Source: Polymyxa betae A26-41 (lineage: Eukaryota > Protista > Endomyxa: Phytomyxea). Taken from it: 64,000 nucleotides of DNA. The position numbers and the translations under genes are program-made. The notes below the pieces were generated by a model. The model worked only from the letters and a program-made list of their open reading frames with translations, did not search any database and was not told the DNA's origin. Where the stretch lies: assembly GCA_003693705.1 (NCBI GenBank), contig RBZT01000278.1, positions 69,347 to 133,346 on the forward strand. Reading direction: 5' to 3'. This document shows positions 16,902-28,934 of the stretch, piece by piece (the first letter of the stretch is position 1; each line of letters opens with the position of its first letter).

Positions 16902-17162
16902 ATGACGTCTAACCAGAATCCTGGGTATATCCCAAGCGATGATGTTATAATCGGCTCCAAGAAGGCGAGCCTAGAGCCGCCCGAGCCCACCAAAGAGGAT
17001 CTACAGCGTGAGGAAGTCGCCCGAAAACGAGGCGCCAAAGAAAACAACCCAGGAAATTTCGCTAATCGACCTGTTGAAGAGGTACGCGCAGCAGCTTCTA
17101 AAGGTGGTGCTGCTGGAGGGCGCGCTCGTCATGAACATACGACCGAATTCGCAGACTACTGA
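16902..17162 (+). CDS. Con-10-like KGG-repeat stress protein, copy 2 (divergent, one intact repeat)
   Basis: MTSNQNPG...ENNPGNFANRPVEEVRAAASKGGAAGGRARH. Confidence 0.85.
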   Translation: MTSNQNPGYIPSDDVIIGSKKASLEPPEPTKEDLQREEVARKRGAKENNPGNFANRPVEEVRAAASKGGAAGGRARHEHTTEFADY

Positions 17163-17578
17163 ATTAACATCTTGAATTCCAGTCGTATGATATGAGTAAA
17201 CCAACAATATATTCAATGAGTCAGCTCTGAGCTCCAACATCATCAATTATTGTTGATCAAATCGGATCAGAGTAAAACCTAGCAAAGAGCCATTTCCGAA
17301 TTTATTCGTTATCGTCAGAATGAAATGTTGATGAAAATTTTATTTTACGCATTTGCAGAGGAAGTTTATCCTGAAAGCCAAAATTTTAGCTTTCATGGTT
17401 GTGATGAAACGCATAGCTCAATTCGATGGCGCTTCATAAGGGAAATTTTTGAATTTGAAGATTCATAGATCGGTATTCGCGATCATGATGACTGGCCTCG
17501 AATGATCCTCGAGAATGAACTTGATGGTGAATTTTTGATAAAGTGCTGGCGTCGCGTTCATCGTTTCTCATTATTCAA

Positions 17579-17893
17579 ATGACGTCCAATCCCAACCCAG
17601 GAAATTTCGCTAATCGCCCTCGTGAGGAGGTGTCGGCTATCGGCCACAAGGGCGGTAGTAAAGAGGTCAACCCAGGAAATTTCGCCAATCGCCCGCGCGA
17701 GGAAGTTAGCGCCATCGGATCCAAAGGCGGGCATAAAGGCGGCAGCAAGGACACCAATCCAGGCAACTTCGCCAACCGCCCCATTGAGGAGGTACGAGAA
17801 ATCGCTTCGAAAGGCGGGCGCAAAGGTGGGCGTGCTCGTAAACACTCGACCGGTGAAGAACGTGGTGAGGAGGAGGAAGAGGAAGAAGAATAA
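17579..17893 (+). CDS. Con-10-like KGG-repeat stress protein, copy 3 (3 repeats, poly-Glu tail)
   Basis: MTSNPNPGNFANRPREEVSAIGHKGG...; ATG at 17579; intronless. Confidence 0.9.
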   Translation: MTSNPNPGNFANRPREEVSAIGHKGGSKEVNPGNFANRPREEVSAIGSKGGHKGGSKDTNPGNFANRPIEEVREIASKGGRKGGRARKHSTGEERGEEEEEEEE

Positions 17894-18851
17894 TCTCATG
17901 ATTTTCTATCAGCTCAGCAACAAATATCTATGAAATATATATTGGGTTCTTCTAATGATTAGCTGTCGAGATCAGAAAGATGCTGTTGTAGAGCGTAGAG
18001 CCATTCGATGTCGATACAGTTTCAGCATATCCAATTGTAATGGAAACTGATTTACCTAGTGCTGAGCTTTGCAAGAAATCGACTTTATTCAGATAGCTGA
18101 CTTCCCCTCTTTGATAACCAGTAAATGAATAGTATCATTACTTCATACACATGGCGACATGGGTGACATGGCTAGCTCGCGGAACATTGTGAGCAAGCGG
18201 CAGACAATGTGTTTTATTGATGGCCGGCGCCCCTCCGGTACAGAAGCTGCTTTTACCACGGAGATACGCGGCCTCCCGATTAGTCTCGTGAGGCTCATCA
18301 AATAGCTGCGTTGCGCTGCCACGGGAAAACGCGGCCTTGAACTACGATACATTACATCCCGGTATGCCTAGGTACGTAGGTACCGTATGCAAATGGTGTT
18401 ATAAATTTATAATATGATATAATACTAAATCCAGTTCGCTTTCAGTGTTGGTAAGCTGCAACAAAGAGATCTTGTCGAAATTGCCATAGCTGTGCTGGGG
18501 ATTAGTAGCAGTCCGTTGACAGAAGGTTTCTCAGAACGCTAATAGAGAAAGACTGATGCTGGAGCCAGATATTCCTCCTTGTCAGTAGGCAAGGTTTAAC
18601 AAAAATGAATGAAAGAGTGCTCTTTAACTAAGGGGTCACCGAACCCAGTTGCCTCCATTTCCCATGCTCACCCTATGGCTCAAACTTATCACTAGAACGT
18701 TCTCTCCATCGTCCTTAGAACCTCAATGTACATGACAGAAGCTTCTCCCTTTATTTCAAAATGCTGATCATGAAGGAATGGAGGTTCGACCATGTGATAA
18801 CTGGCATGGGACTGTGAAGTGTGCAGTGCAATCTCGCTTTTGTACACTGCA

Positions 18852-19710
18852 ATGAACCAGCTCGTGATAGCAGCTATCGCCGCTTTATGCATTGCCTGGA
18901 GCTCCGTTCAGGCAGCTATGAAGCCAGAAATACTGGCCTGTGGAGAGATGGCCAGTACCAGATTGGTGAAGGGAGATCAAGCCAATATCTGTGTTAAGAT
19001 TGGTAACTATTTCATGACCTACAAAGCCCCTGTTGATCAGATGTCTTTACTTTCCACGAAAAACGGTAACTAGGTCTGAACCGAGTAGAATTCATAATGA
19101 TTTTTTATTCAGGATTTGGAGACGGCCGGTTTCAGATTGGTGATGAGAATACAACGATTCCGATCAATATTCAAGTTGGTCATATTAGCCCATATGAGGT
19201 TGACCCCACTCAGCCGCTCGATGAAGACAATCAATACCGAGCAGACAAGCATTGGATCGTTCAGGACGTCGTTGATCCAACAATACCGGATCCACCTGCA
19301 CCAATCGTGCGAGTAGTTCCATTTTTTACAGCTATTATTCAACTTTTAGAGGGACAAGTAACTGGAATCGTTTGGGATGATGGCTGTTATGGATGCAGTT
19401 CTACTGGCCCTGAATGTGTGAAAGGTAATTTTAGATTATCGTGGTTGCAAGAAACGACTTGACTGGACAAATAGGATTTTGCACTGTTCAGTACAGCAAT
19501 TGCTACGTCAACTCAACAACAGCTGACACATCGACCCTATCGGATTGTGATCCGAAGATCTACATCGGTTGGCAAGGCTCTGATGCTAATAGGAACATTA
19601 TGACCAGTTCTGAACTTGTTCCGTCCAAGTTCATTCGTTATTCTGCAGGCAATGCATTGAATAATATTAGAAGCTACACAGGAGGTCTGAAAGATCAACA
19701 AACCTTATAA
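18852..19710 (+). CDS. Secreted Cys-rich protein of unknown function (3 exons)
   Basis: Signal peptide MNQLVIAAIAALCIAWSSVQA; GIVWDDGCYGC...C...CDPKIYIGWQGSD; introns at about 19066-19112 and 19425-19474. Confidence 0.8.
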
Positions 19711-20002
19711 GTGATGAGCCAACGGCCCCTGAAACTTCGTATTCGTACATATTTACCCATAGCCTACCTCACTCAGATAATAAACCATTTAACGGGCGAA
19801 ATGTATCTAAGTTTTTCGCATTTGAATACAATGGTTTTGGTTTGCACCTTTTAACTATTGAACGATAAGCCATTCGATTCTGTCTTGAAAAGAGTTGCAG
19901 TGTTTTGGAAAAAGTTCTTGAGCGAGCGGCCTCGAGTGCTGGGTTAACATAAAGTGCGATATCGCTGGACTCTGTAAGACGTCATTCTGTACCTCACAGA
20001 AT

Positions 20003-20744
20003 ATGTTGATGTCAGATTTGGCAGTTGTCGAAGCTCGTGATGCTCAGACCCGGCATGGTTGGTCGCCCTATGTCGTAAACGGTGGTACAGCCATGGCGGT
20101 CGCTGGTGAAAATTTCTGTGTCGTCGCCTGCGATACTCGAATGTCGCTGGGTTATTCGATTATGACACGATCTGCTCCCAAGGCAACTGTCCTGACAAAT
20201 TCGACTGTTGTCGCAACTGCAGGCATGGCAGCTGATCGTGATGCTTTCCATAAATTACTGAATGCCTATCTCACCCACTATGAGCATATGTCAGACTGTT
20301 TCTTCATTAGTTATCTTATCACTAAAGTATGCTTTCAGGCATGGACATGTCATGAACACCCAATCGATTGCCCAGCTTGTCTCCACCCAGCTGTATTCTC
20401 GCCGGTTCTTTCCTTATTACACATTCAATGTGGTAGGAGGTCTTGACAAAGAGGGCAAGGGCGCCGTTTATGGTTATGATGCTATCGGGTCGTTTGAACG
20501 CATTCCCTATGGTGTTCAGGGCTCAGGATCGGCTCTTGCGACATCGATTCTGGACAACCAGATCGAATGCAAAACCCAGTTGAAGAACAAGAAAGTCCTC
20601 TCCCTAGATGAGACTGTGATTCTCGTTAAAGACGTCTTCAGTTCGATTGGAGAACGTGATATCTATACTGGTGATCAAGTCGACATTTATATAATTACCA
20701 AAGAAGGAGTCAAGCACGAGCTGTTTGAATTAAAGAAGGATTAA
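20003..20744 (+). CDS. PSMB1: 20S proteasome subunit beta type-1 (beta6/Pre7)
   Basis: WSPYVVNGGT..AVAGENFCVVACDTRMS, LYSRRFFPYYTFNVVGGLD, ERDIYTGD, ELKKD*; intron 20290-20338. Confidence 0.97.
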
Positions 20745-20777
20745 TAATCTTGAAATGTTACATACACAGCTGATAAT

Positions 20778-22378
20778 TTACTTGCTTTCATCGTCTGGTA
20801 GATGAATACCCAGACTACTAAGAAGTGTTGAAGCTGGCCCAGCTTGGCCTAACTCTGCCTTATAGGCTTCCAATATGTTCTTGACGAGATTAATATCGGC
20901 ATTGATAGGTTTCAAATCCATTTCTTGCTCCATTTGACGGTGGTACTCAGCCAACTCATCATCACTTGTCAACTCTTCGTAAAAGTCGTCACCTTCCTCC
21001 TCATCGGAATTGAAAGCGTTGAGAAATTCGGAAGTATCAAAGGATATTGGAGTGACCAGATTAGAAACGCCTTCCAAATCGGAGACATTAGACATAAACT
21101 TATGCATTCTTTGAACAATATCCTCAGCAGTACAATCTTTGCCGGAATACGATTGCATAATAGCTGTCAAATCATCCTCATTCATGTTCATCCACGTTGA
21201 CGAATCGTCATCACGAACTTGTTCGAATGGAATCATTTCAATCAATCTGACATCAACACCATCAGCCAGCTCAATCATATTGGATCCGGTGTGAACATCC
21301 TTAACGACATGATCGAGATGTTTGCCTTTTGCGAGCAGCTTCTTCTGATTTTGATACAATATTTCCAAACCTTATCGTCAATTTCAACCAAGACAAGTTT
21401 CTATGCAGAATGAGAAGACTTACCACACATAATTTTGACTCCTCTTGTAAAGCATGTTTGTTGATCTTCCGAAGACGGACGACAAACTTCGAATGACTTG
21501 GGAGTAGAAAACTGTTGAGCCTCTAGTTGGGCATAAGAGCAATGTGTAAACCTGGGTGCATGCCAAATGTAATTTTCTGGGTCCGGTGTGTATCTTAGCA
21601 TCCGAGAGCAGTGCCTTAGATCGATGGGGTCGCGAAAATAGAAACTTTCAGCAATAGCTGTGATCAGCCAAGGATGGAGATCGAGCAATTTAACGGCATC
21701 TTTATGTAACAAGCATCGGCCATAATGCTGACATGAAGATACAGCTTTTTCGTAAAAATCTCGAAGCCTCTCGTTGATCGCAGCTGTTGCTTGTGGCGAC
21801 ACGGTCTGGTTCGGATTTGACCGAACGATTTCACATGCTTCATCGAATGATTTGAACTATAATGAAGTCAGAGGGATTAGACACAGCAGGCAGGGGATGG
21901 CCCAGACCTGAAACTCCATTGGAATAATATGAACACTTCCTCGGTATATGAACGCTCGAGATTCGCAGGTCTCTGGCTTCACCCAATTAGGCAAGACATT
22001 GGCAGCCTCAATCAGCAGAAATTGTCCATCGTCATCTGTTAACCTGGCTACCAGATAATCGAAATCAAGAGATAACTGCCTGACGATATAAACAATCAAC
22101 CATTCATCTTGAATATTATCGCCAAACGAAATCGATGCTTCTGCATTCCCATCGTCATTGACTACAGAAAAATGTCAAGTCTGCATGACAACCAAATGGA
22201 AGAGCTGACCTGAGATCCGAAACGGATCCCGTTGCCAAAGATATTCTGCAGGCTGGATTTCATCGATTCTGGACTGAATGATCGGTGTAGGCGGAGCCCT
22301 GCTGAATTGTACCGAGATCGTATTAACCTGCCGATACGGAATGGGCTTGCCATGAATGCCATCTGAGCCGCCAGACAT
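20778..22378 (-). CDS. ECD: Ecdysoneless/SGT1 family protein
   Basis: YLWQRDPF, FGDNIQDEWLIVY, DDDGQFLLIEAANVLPNW, FYFRDPIDLR, YAQLEAQQF, NLVKNILEAYKAELGQAGPASTLL. Confidence 0.92.
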
Positions 22379-22461
22379 GGCCGATAATAAAAATGCACCT
22401 TCGATTTTGTAACAGCCCACGCAATTTCATGAACTAATTGCGCCAGTTGTTGAGCAGAACC

Positions 22462-22480
22462 CCCTAAACCCTAACCCTAA
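22462..22480. repeat. Short interstitial telomere-like repeat / telo-box (CCCTAAA CCCTAA CCCTAA)
   Basis: ccctaaaccctaaccctaa about 85 nt upstream of the ECD ATG. Confidence 0.7.
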
Positions 22481-23027
22481 CAGCAGCAGATAACTGCCAG
22501 AGACGCTCTTACTAAGGTTGAAAGCTGTGGGAACCTTAACAGTATTGGTATGCAGGTGATACCGAGATCAGGCCACTCTCAACTATGATCACAAAAGTTA
22601 AATTAGCAGGGATTCTTGATCGATTTGGCGTCACATTGCATGTCTGCGATGACATCGCGCCATTTCAAAGGAAAATAATTCCAGTTGATGCGATCGTTTC
22701 TGTCCATTATCAGAACTATTTGAACAATATTGCTAGATTGTCTCCAAACTGGCAAACTTGCGATTAAAAAGGTGATTAATGTCAATTTATTTTTCCACCG
22801 ACAGTGTCCAAATTGTCGTCCATGGTTCTGCATCCTGAGCTTTATCGCAATATTGTTCAATTGAATAACCCGGACGCCCTCGCGCTTCGTCTCAATATTC
22901 AAAAATGACAGAATCCGAATAATGTAGTGGAAGTCCGATCTTTTTGTAAGTGGATTGCAGTAAGAAATAGGAGCGCTTGGCCTAGTCAAGGGCCGCATAG
23001 TGGCGAGCTTTCCTGGACATTTCTGTT

Positions 23028-24565
23028 ATGCTGTTCGGCTTTCGTCTGCCGTTGACGGCGCCCGTCGCTTATCATGAAGTCTTTATGGTAGAATCCAACC
23101 AATCGAAGGTCGCCATGCGCTCTGCTGCTGCGGCTCGCGATCAGCTCGGCAATCTCTTGAGCAATATGGCTACCGCCCCAATCGGATCGGATTATAAAAC
23201 GTTGCTGGACCTGACCGATGCATATCTTCCCATGATAATAGCCATCGTTGAGCAAGTTCATAAAACTTCCAATCGAAAAATGAGTCAACGAATTGGTATG
23301 CTTGAGCTGGACGTTTCGGCAGTCGGGAGTTTAGTACTGTTTCCTCAGTTTTTAAATGGTCGAGCTGGCTATCTGAGTCGCGAGAGCTTTTGGAGATGAT
23401 GCTGTTGGAAGACGAACTTTGTTGTACCTATACTGTTCGTATTGATGATGGTCGATATATATTTAAAGTAATTCTATATCTTCAGTTATTCGCTCTTTTA
23501 CAATATAAACAAGCACATGCTATTCTGAGCGCTAAACGCGAAGTTATTGGATCAGGTGCAGATATACAAAAGCAAGCTATTGCCCAGTAAGTCCAAGTGG
23601 ATATTACTGTTTGGATAATTCAATTGTGCTCCGTCAAGTTTAAGAAAAGCTTCTTCAATTTTCGAATGGATCGCTAATACGTTGGTTCCTTTATCGTTAA
23701 TGGCTAGTGAGATCCGACCGTTGGAATGCTCCGTCAAATCCTTACAGGCACTGTCCATGTATTTACTGAACGGATACATTTTGCAGTCGATCTTATTGTT
23801 CTGGTTTAGATTGTGTTTGTGCAATTGGCAAGAGACAATTATCGAATCAGGTAAGAAAGTAAGTCTCCAATCTATAAAATCATTGTGACTTTTAGCGATT
23901 GCCGGGAATAAGCTGCCTGGAGCCGTTGCCAGACTGTTTCTCGGGGTACATACAAACGTTGTAACCGTGCTGATTCTTGTTTAATGCCATGGTATTAATT
24001 AGGTTGTTGACCAGTATGGGGCAATGCAACAAGCTATGAATGCTCTGGCCTCATCGTATCATTCGTTGGATTCGGCTTTTAAGGTTTTCCCTAGAATTCG
24101 CTCAGAGTACTGCTTAGCACAAGCTTACTACTATCTCGGGATAGAAGCCTTTGACGAGAAGTATCTAGCATCCAGTCGAATGAATCTAAACTAAATATGA
24201 TCAGTAATTATGGGAATGCTATTGCACTATTTCAAGAATCGAAAAGGATCGTCGATGAGATTCGCTTCCCTGAAGTCAATCACCCTACCATTATGGCTGC
24301 TAAAAGCGAACGGCACCAGTTCTTGGCGACTCTAAACTCTCGGCTCAATAGTCTGATCAAAGATAATTCTACCATCTACTTTGCGGTATCACTATAGTCA
24401 AAATATGTACTTTTCATTTCATTATTTAACTGCTTCCAGGTGGTCCCTGTTGTACAATCAATTGCAATGCCTTCGCCTGTTTTCATGCCTAAATGCGACA
24501 AATTCGAACCTACTGCTGCTGACTCCAAATCTTATTTCGTAATCTCTCATCCATCAATCTCGTAA
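23028..24565 (+). CDS. BRO1-domain protein (BROX/PalC-like, ESCRT-associated)
   Basis: F.WSSWL, QLRKASSIFEWI, RPLECS, CLAQAYYYLG..F...NYGNAIA, LIKDNSTIYF; multi-exon; 3' end uncertain. Confidence 0.8.
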
Positions 24566-25205
24566 CACAACTAACTTCAGACCAGGATTTGTAATTACAA
24601 AGCCAAATTCGCATCTAGAATAAACTGTCATTAGCCATTGAACTTGACGTATCAAGAAGACTTGAGAGCGTGCGGGCCGGCTGTGGAGGATCTCCGGCGT
24701 TCCTTGGCAGATTTCATTCGAAGACGCACCCTTCGGCGAATTCGATTCGATCGATGCTCATCTGGAACGTTGGACTCATCTCGGAGTGAGAGAGCTGCGG
24801 CACGACAACGAAACAATATGGCTGCCTTGCCGCAGATTCTTCAAAGTCGTCCCCTCTCCTCGCCAACATCTTCAGTTGGCTCGTTCCGCATTCTCTCGAC
24901 TCATCTTTGACTGGAGCCCCCGCGTCACCATATTGTGCAGCTGGCTCCTCTCGCAATCCTCCTACTCATCCCTAACTGGGCGCCAACATTTGTCTGCAGT
25001 TAAAACATCATAACCAGACAGCAGATATAGAGATCGACGCGACCCTCTGTCTGCCTATCCAAGTTTTTTGCTCTTTCAAAGTTCGTCTCCTATCAGGTTC
25101 CGTGAGGTGGCCCTAACCGAGCCGCACCTACCCGTTGAGCTTCGTTACATCATAGGGGAACCCCTTTAAACCATCCCCTTTTAAGTTTTTCTCATTTGTT
25201 AAACG

Positions 25206-26896
25206 ATGATGGAGGCCCGCGGTCATGACCCATTTGCAGCCATTGCTCGGTCGCCCATGGTATCCAGACGACATAATCGAGCGCTAGCTTTACAGCCGTC
25301 GTTGCCGTCTGCGATTACCCCGGATCTGGATCGACGACGTTTGATTCGGAGATTTCTCGAACAGACTCAGCATGCCCGGCGAAGGTTAGATCAGGAAGAG
25401 GCTGGAGAAGAGATGGGGCAATGGTGGGACCTGCTGCAATCGATGCCGCTAGAAGCAATCCATGAGGCCGTGATTATTCATTCGGATTTGGGCCCTATCG
25501 TATCCGATTTACTAGTCAGGCAATTCGTGGAATTTGGTCCCAATGAAAACAACTGTACCAAGCTAGTGATATCTTACGCTTCTTTCATTCACGATCTGGA
25601 TCTGATCTTTCGCTTAAGCTGTCGGCTGCATTTCCGCAAAATTCTTACACGCCTGCATGAAATTCGCGATCACCATCGTCCACCTTCGATTGAACACGCT
25701 GTTCTTGATTCACATCTGGATTTGGGCAGATCACGTGCCGTTTTGGCAACGATTTCAGCTTCTGGCAATGATCCGTTGCTCTTCACCCGGTACTGCTGGA
25801 GAATTTGGTCGGATAGCTGGCCCCAGCTGTGTCAGATTGCAGCCGTTCAGATGTATCCAGTTGGTAGTTATCACCGTTGTTTCGATTGCCACCTAAACGG
25901 TTTATTTAGGCTATTCCACCATGGATTATTCGTGACTGTTTGGGGCTTCTGCCGGATTCTTCCGGAAAACAAACCTCTGATAGCATAATCATATTTCTTC
26001 ATTACTTACATGAAATCCTGCACAGGCATCCTTCAAGCCATCAGGATGTCGATGTGACAGAGCCAGTTATTGAATTATCTCTCTGTGTATTAGATCAGCT
26101 TAGTAATAAGTCCATTACTGCAAACTGGGCTGGAGCCATTTGCGACGAAGTTATTTGGCAACCTAATCTGTTTTACTTCAACCCACATGCGGTACTTGAA
26201 CGATGCAGAAGATGTCAATCCTATCCTAGTGCGCTTTTAGCACTTTATGCATATAACCGTGATATGGCATCGACTGAAGCAGCACTCGATCTCGCATTGT
26301 CATCAAACCGAATGGATCTGCTTATGAGATTAACCAAAGTGCGCTCGTTCTCTTCTAAAGAATGGCTGTCCTTATTGGACAAATGCCCTGTATTTGGAGA
26401 TGATGAGGAATGCGTTTCATTATCTGGAGTAGTAAATCTGCTTTCAGACACAGTTGGTTCTGTGCCTTCCATTCGTTTGCTATTGCAATCAGCTCGTGCT
26501 CTTGAGTGTCTGCCGGCCTCGCACTGGTCCGAATTATTCAAATTGAGTTTAGGATCTAACAATTTAAATCGAATCAATTGCGACACATTACTCCTTATGG
26601 CTGAACATGGTGGACCACCCAATCCTGATGACTGTACCAGCTGGAAAATTACATTGAAGAATAGCGAATGTCGCCTGTGCTGGAAGGATTTGCGACCTGC
26701 TGATGAAAACGGAGTCGAGATCATCGTTTTTGGTTGCGGTCATGGATGCCATTCCGTTTGTCAGACTGCCTATCCAACATGCCCTACATGTCTGTATGAA
26801 CGAATTCTCTGCAAACCCAAACTGATTATCTCGCCTTGTCAATGGTCTGCTGAACAGAGCTTTCTTACTAGCTTACAGACGGCTACTAGCTTATGA
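25206..26896 (+). CDS. HPS5/Vps41-like helical protein with C-terminal RING-H2-type finger
   Basis: Intron ~25862-25909 joins the two ORFs; CRLCWKDL...IIVFGCGHGCHSVC...CPTC is typical of HOPS/CORVET/BLOC-2 C-termini. Confidence 0.6.
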
Positions 26897-26943
26897 AACT
26901 GCTTATATTATTTATTGTTGTTAACATATCAATCAAAGAAGGC

Positions 26944-28776
26944 TCAAAACTGCAAATTGCGTGCATTTCTTCTGGCAAGGATTTGTTGAACATGGGACTG
27001 AGCTGCTGTCGCTTTATAGTCGACAACACGAATAGGAAGATCGCTATCATCCGTAAATCTTACAGCAGACAATGCTGACAGACGGTCCCGAGCAACATAC
27101 TGTTTCGGGTCGATCTTCACTGCCTCTAAGTAATCTGATATCGCCATTGACACGTTCTACAACCAAATCGGAGTCAGAAGATTTGCCCACGCTCGCTGCT
27201 TGTAATTACCTGCATTTGTTCAAACGTTTCTGCTCGGCTAATAAAATACTGAGCAATCCGTTGCTTAGAGAGCCGGATCGCTTCAGTGAATTCTGATGCA
27301 GCTTCTGATAATGCCCTTCGATTGAAAGCATCGATGCCGAATTGAAAATGAAGTGTCGACAACTTGGTTTGTATGCGTTGGTGATCAGTACGATTTGCCG
27401 TTTGATTTACCAGCCTGACCGCCTCGTGGTAGTCCGCTGTGATTTGTCACTTCAGTTCTGTAGCAATCCAAGGAATGACTTCGACCTTGAGCGTGATTGT
27501 ATCTTTGCAGTTTCATATTGCAATCTGCCCGATTGACATAGTATTGATACTGATCAGGGTGTAGCATGATTGCATGATGTAAATGATTTATAGCTGCATC
27601 AATTCCCTGTTTATCGTATTGTTCAACTGCTAAATCATTGTGAACACGAGCCCTTTCGATGTCAATCTGCTTTGCACGGACACAGTTGGTTTCGTGTTTT
27701 CTTCCCTCTTCTAAGTCTGCAAGGGCAGAGACATGATTGCCTTGCAATTCTAGAAAGCTAGTTTATCATCAAGAACGAGGTTGTAGTGTCAATGACACTG
27801 ACGATGAATAGTAGAACGAAGGCGATAATGATGAGTGTCGCGAGATAGTTGTAGAGCCTCACCTATCAGAACCATCGCTTCCGAATATTTCCCCATCAAT
27901 ACTTCGGCTGGAAATGCATTTACAAACCTTGTCGAATATGCTATCGGAGATTACCTTTAGCATTTGTATGGAGATTGAGTGCTGCCTGATGACAATGCTC
28001 CATTACAGCACCATATCTCGGGTGACCTTTATCAACATCTCTGCAAACTACTTTGTAATCATTGATCGCATTTTTATACTGATCAATTCTGAGGTAAGTT
28101 TCAAATGGTTTGAGTGTCCATACACGTTCGAGTTTCAAATATAACTGAGTTCGCTGCAGGATCAGATCCTGAAACATGCTCTGACGAATCTCAGAGGGTA
28201 GCATTGATCCATCAATGATCTCAGTGATACATTCGACTGCCTCTTGATACTTCCCCGATTTCTTAAGGCATTGAATTCTAAATAGATCATCAGATCAATG
28301 TTGTTGCAGTGCGTTTTTAAACCTGTTCAGCCAGAAGTTGTGATTTTTTGGATTTAATCTGAGTGCTTCAGCATAATATTCGTTAGCTAAATTATAGTCC
28401 TGATCGTCATTCATAATATCGCCAAGGTTATTATATAGATCGGCCAATATCATTGCAATCGATTCATCATCAGGATGGAGTTGGGCTGCTCTTCTCAAAC
28501 AGATCACAGCTGATTTCAGATCGCCAAGGCCTATGAAGGTCATCGCTTTACCTTTATGAAATTCGGCTTCTATAATCATACTCAACATGGTGCTATATGT
28601 TATTATTGTCTTCAGACTAACCATCAGGTTCATGATAGAGCGCCTTCGTGAACAAGATCACAGCTCTATGATAATCATTAGCAATCAATGATGTCTTGGC
28701 CTGAATCGCACTAAACAACACATTGTCAGGAACCCAGAACGACAGCTGCATGATCCATTAATGCTGACAATTGCAT
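26944..28776 (-). CDS. Tetratricopeptide-repeat protein (TTC16-like), multi-exon
   Basis: Repeated TPR signatures: A...LRRAAQLHP, YAEALRLNP, HHAIMLHPDQYQYYVNRADC, DYLEAVKIDP. Confidence 0.8.
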
Positions 28777-28934
28777 TCCCGATAGAGATCGCAACGATGT
28801 CCTCGACGATATGCAGGATTGAATCGCCGTACTCGAAAAGTTTCTACTTTTTCGTGAAGTTTCAAGATGATTCTGGTAACGAACTTGTAAATATTGACAG
28901 AAAGTGTATTGTGACAAATGTTTGGAAAGTTGAT

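Noticed and set aside
14793-17893. Repeated ggaaatttcgc/ggcaacttcgcc motifs that could be mistaken for a CRISPR array
   Set aside because: They are protein-coding repeats with synonymous variation and no unique spacers; the DNA is eukaryotic and has no cas genes
18143-18390. GC-rich stretch with short palindromes as a possible ncRNA or MITE
   Set aside because: No snRNA, tRNA or SRP motifs and no terminal inverted repeats or target-site duplication visible
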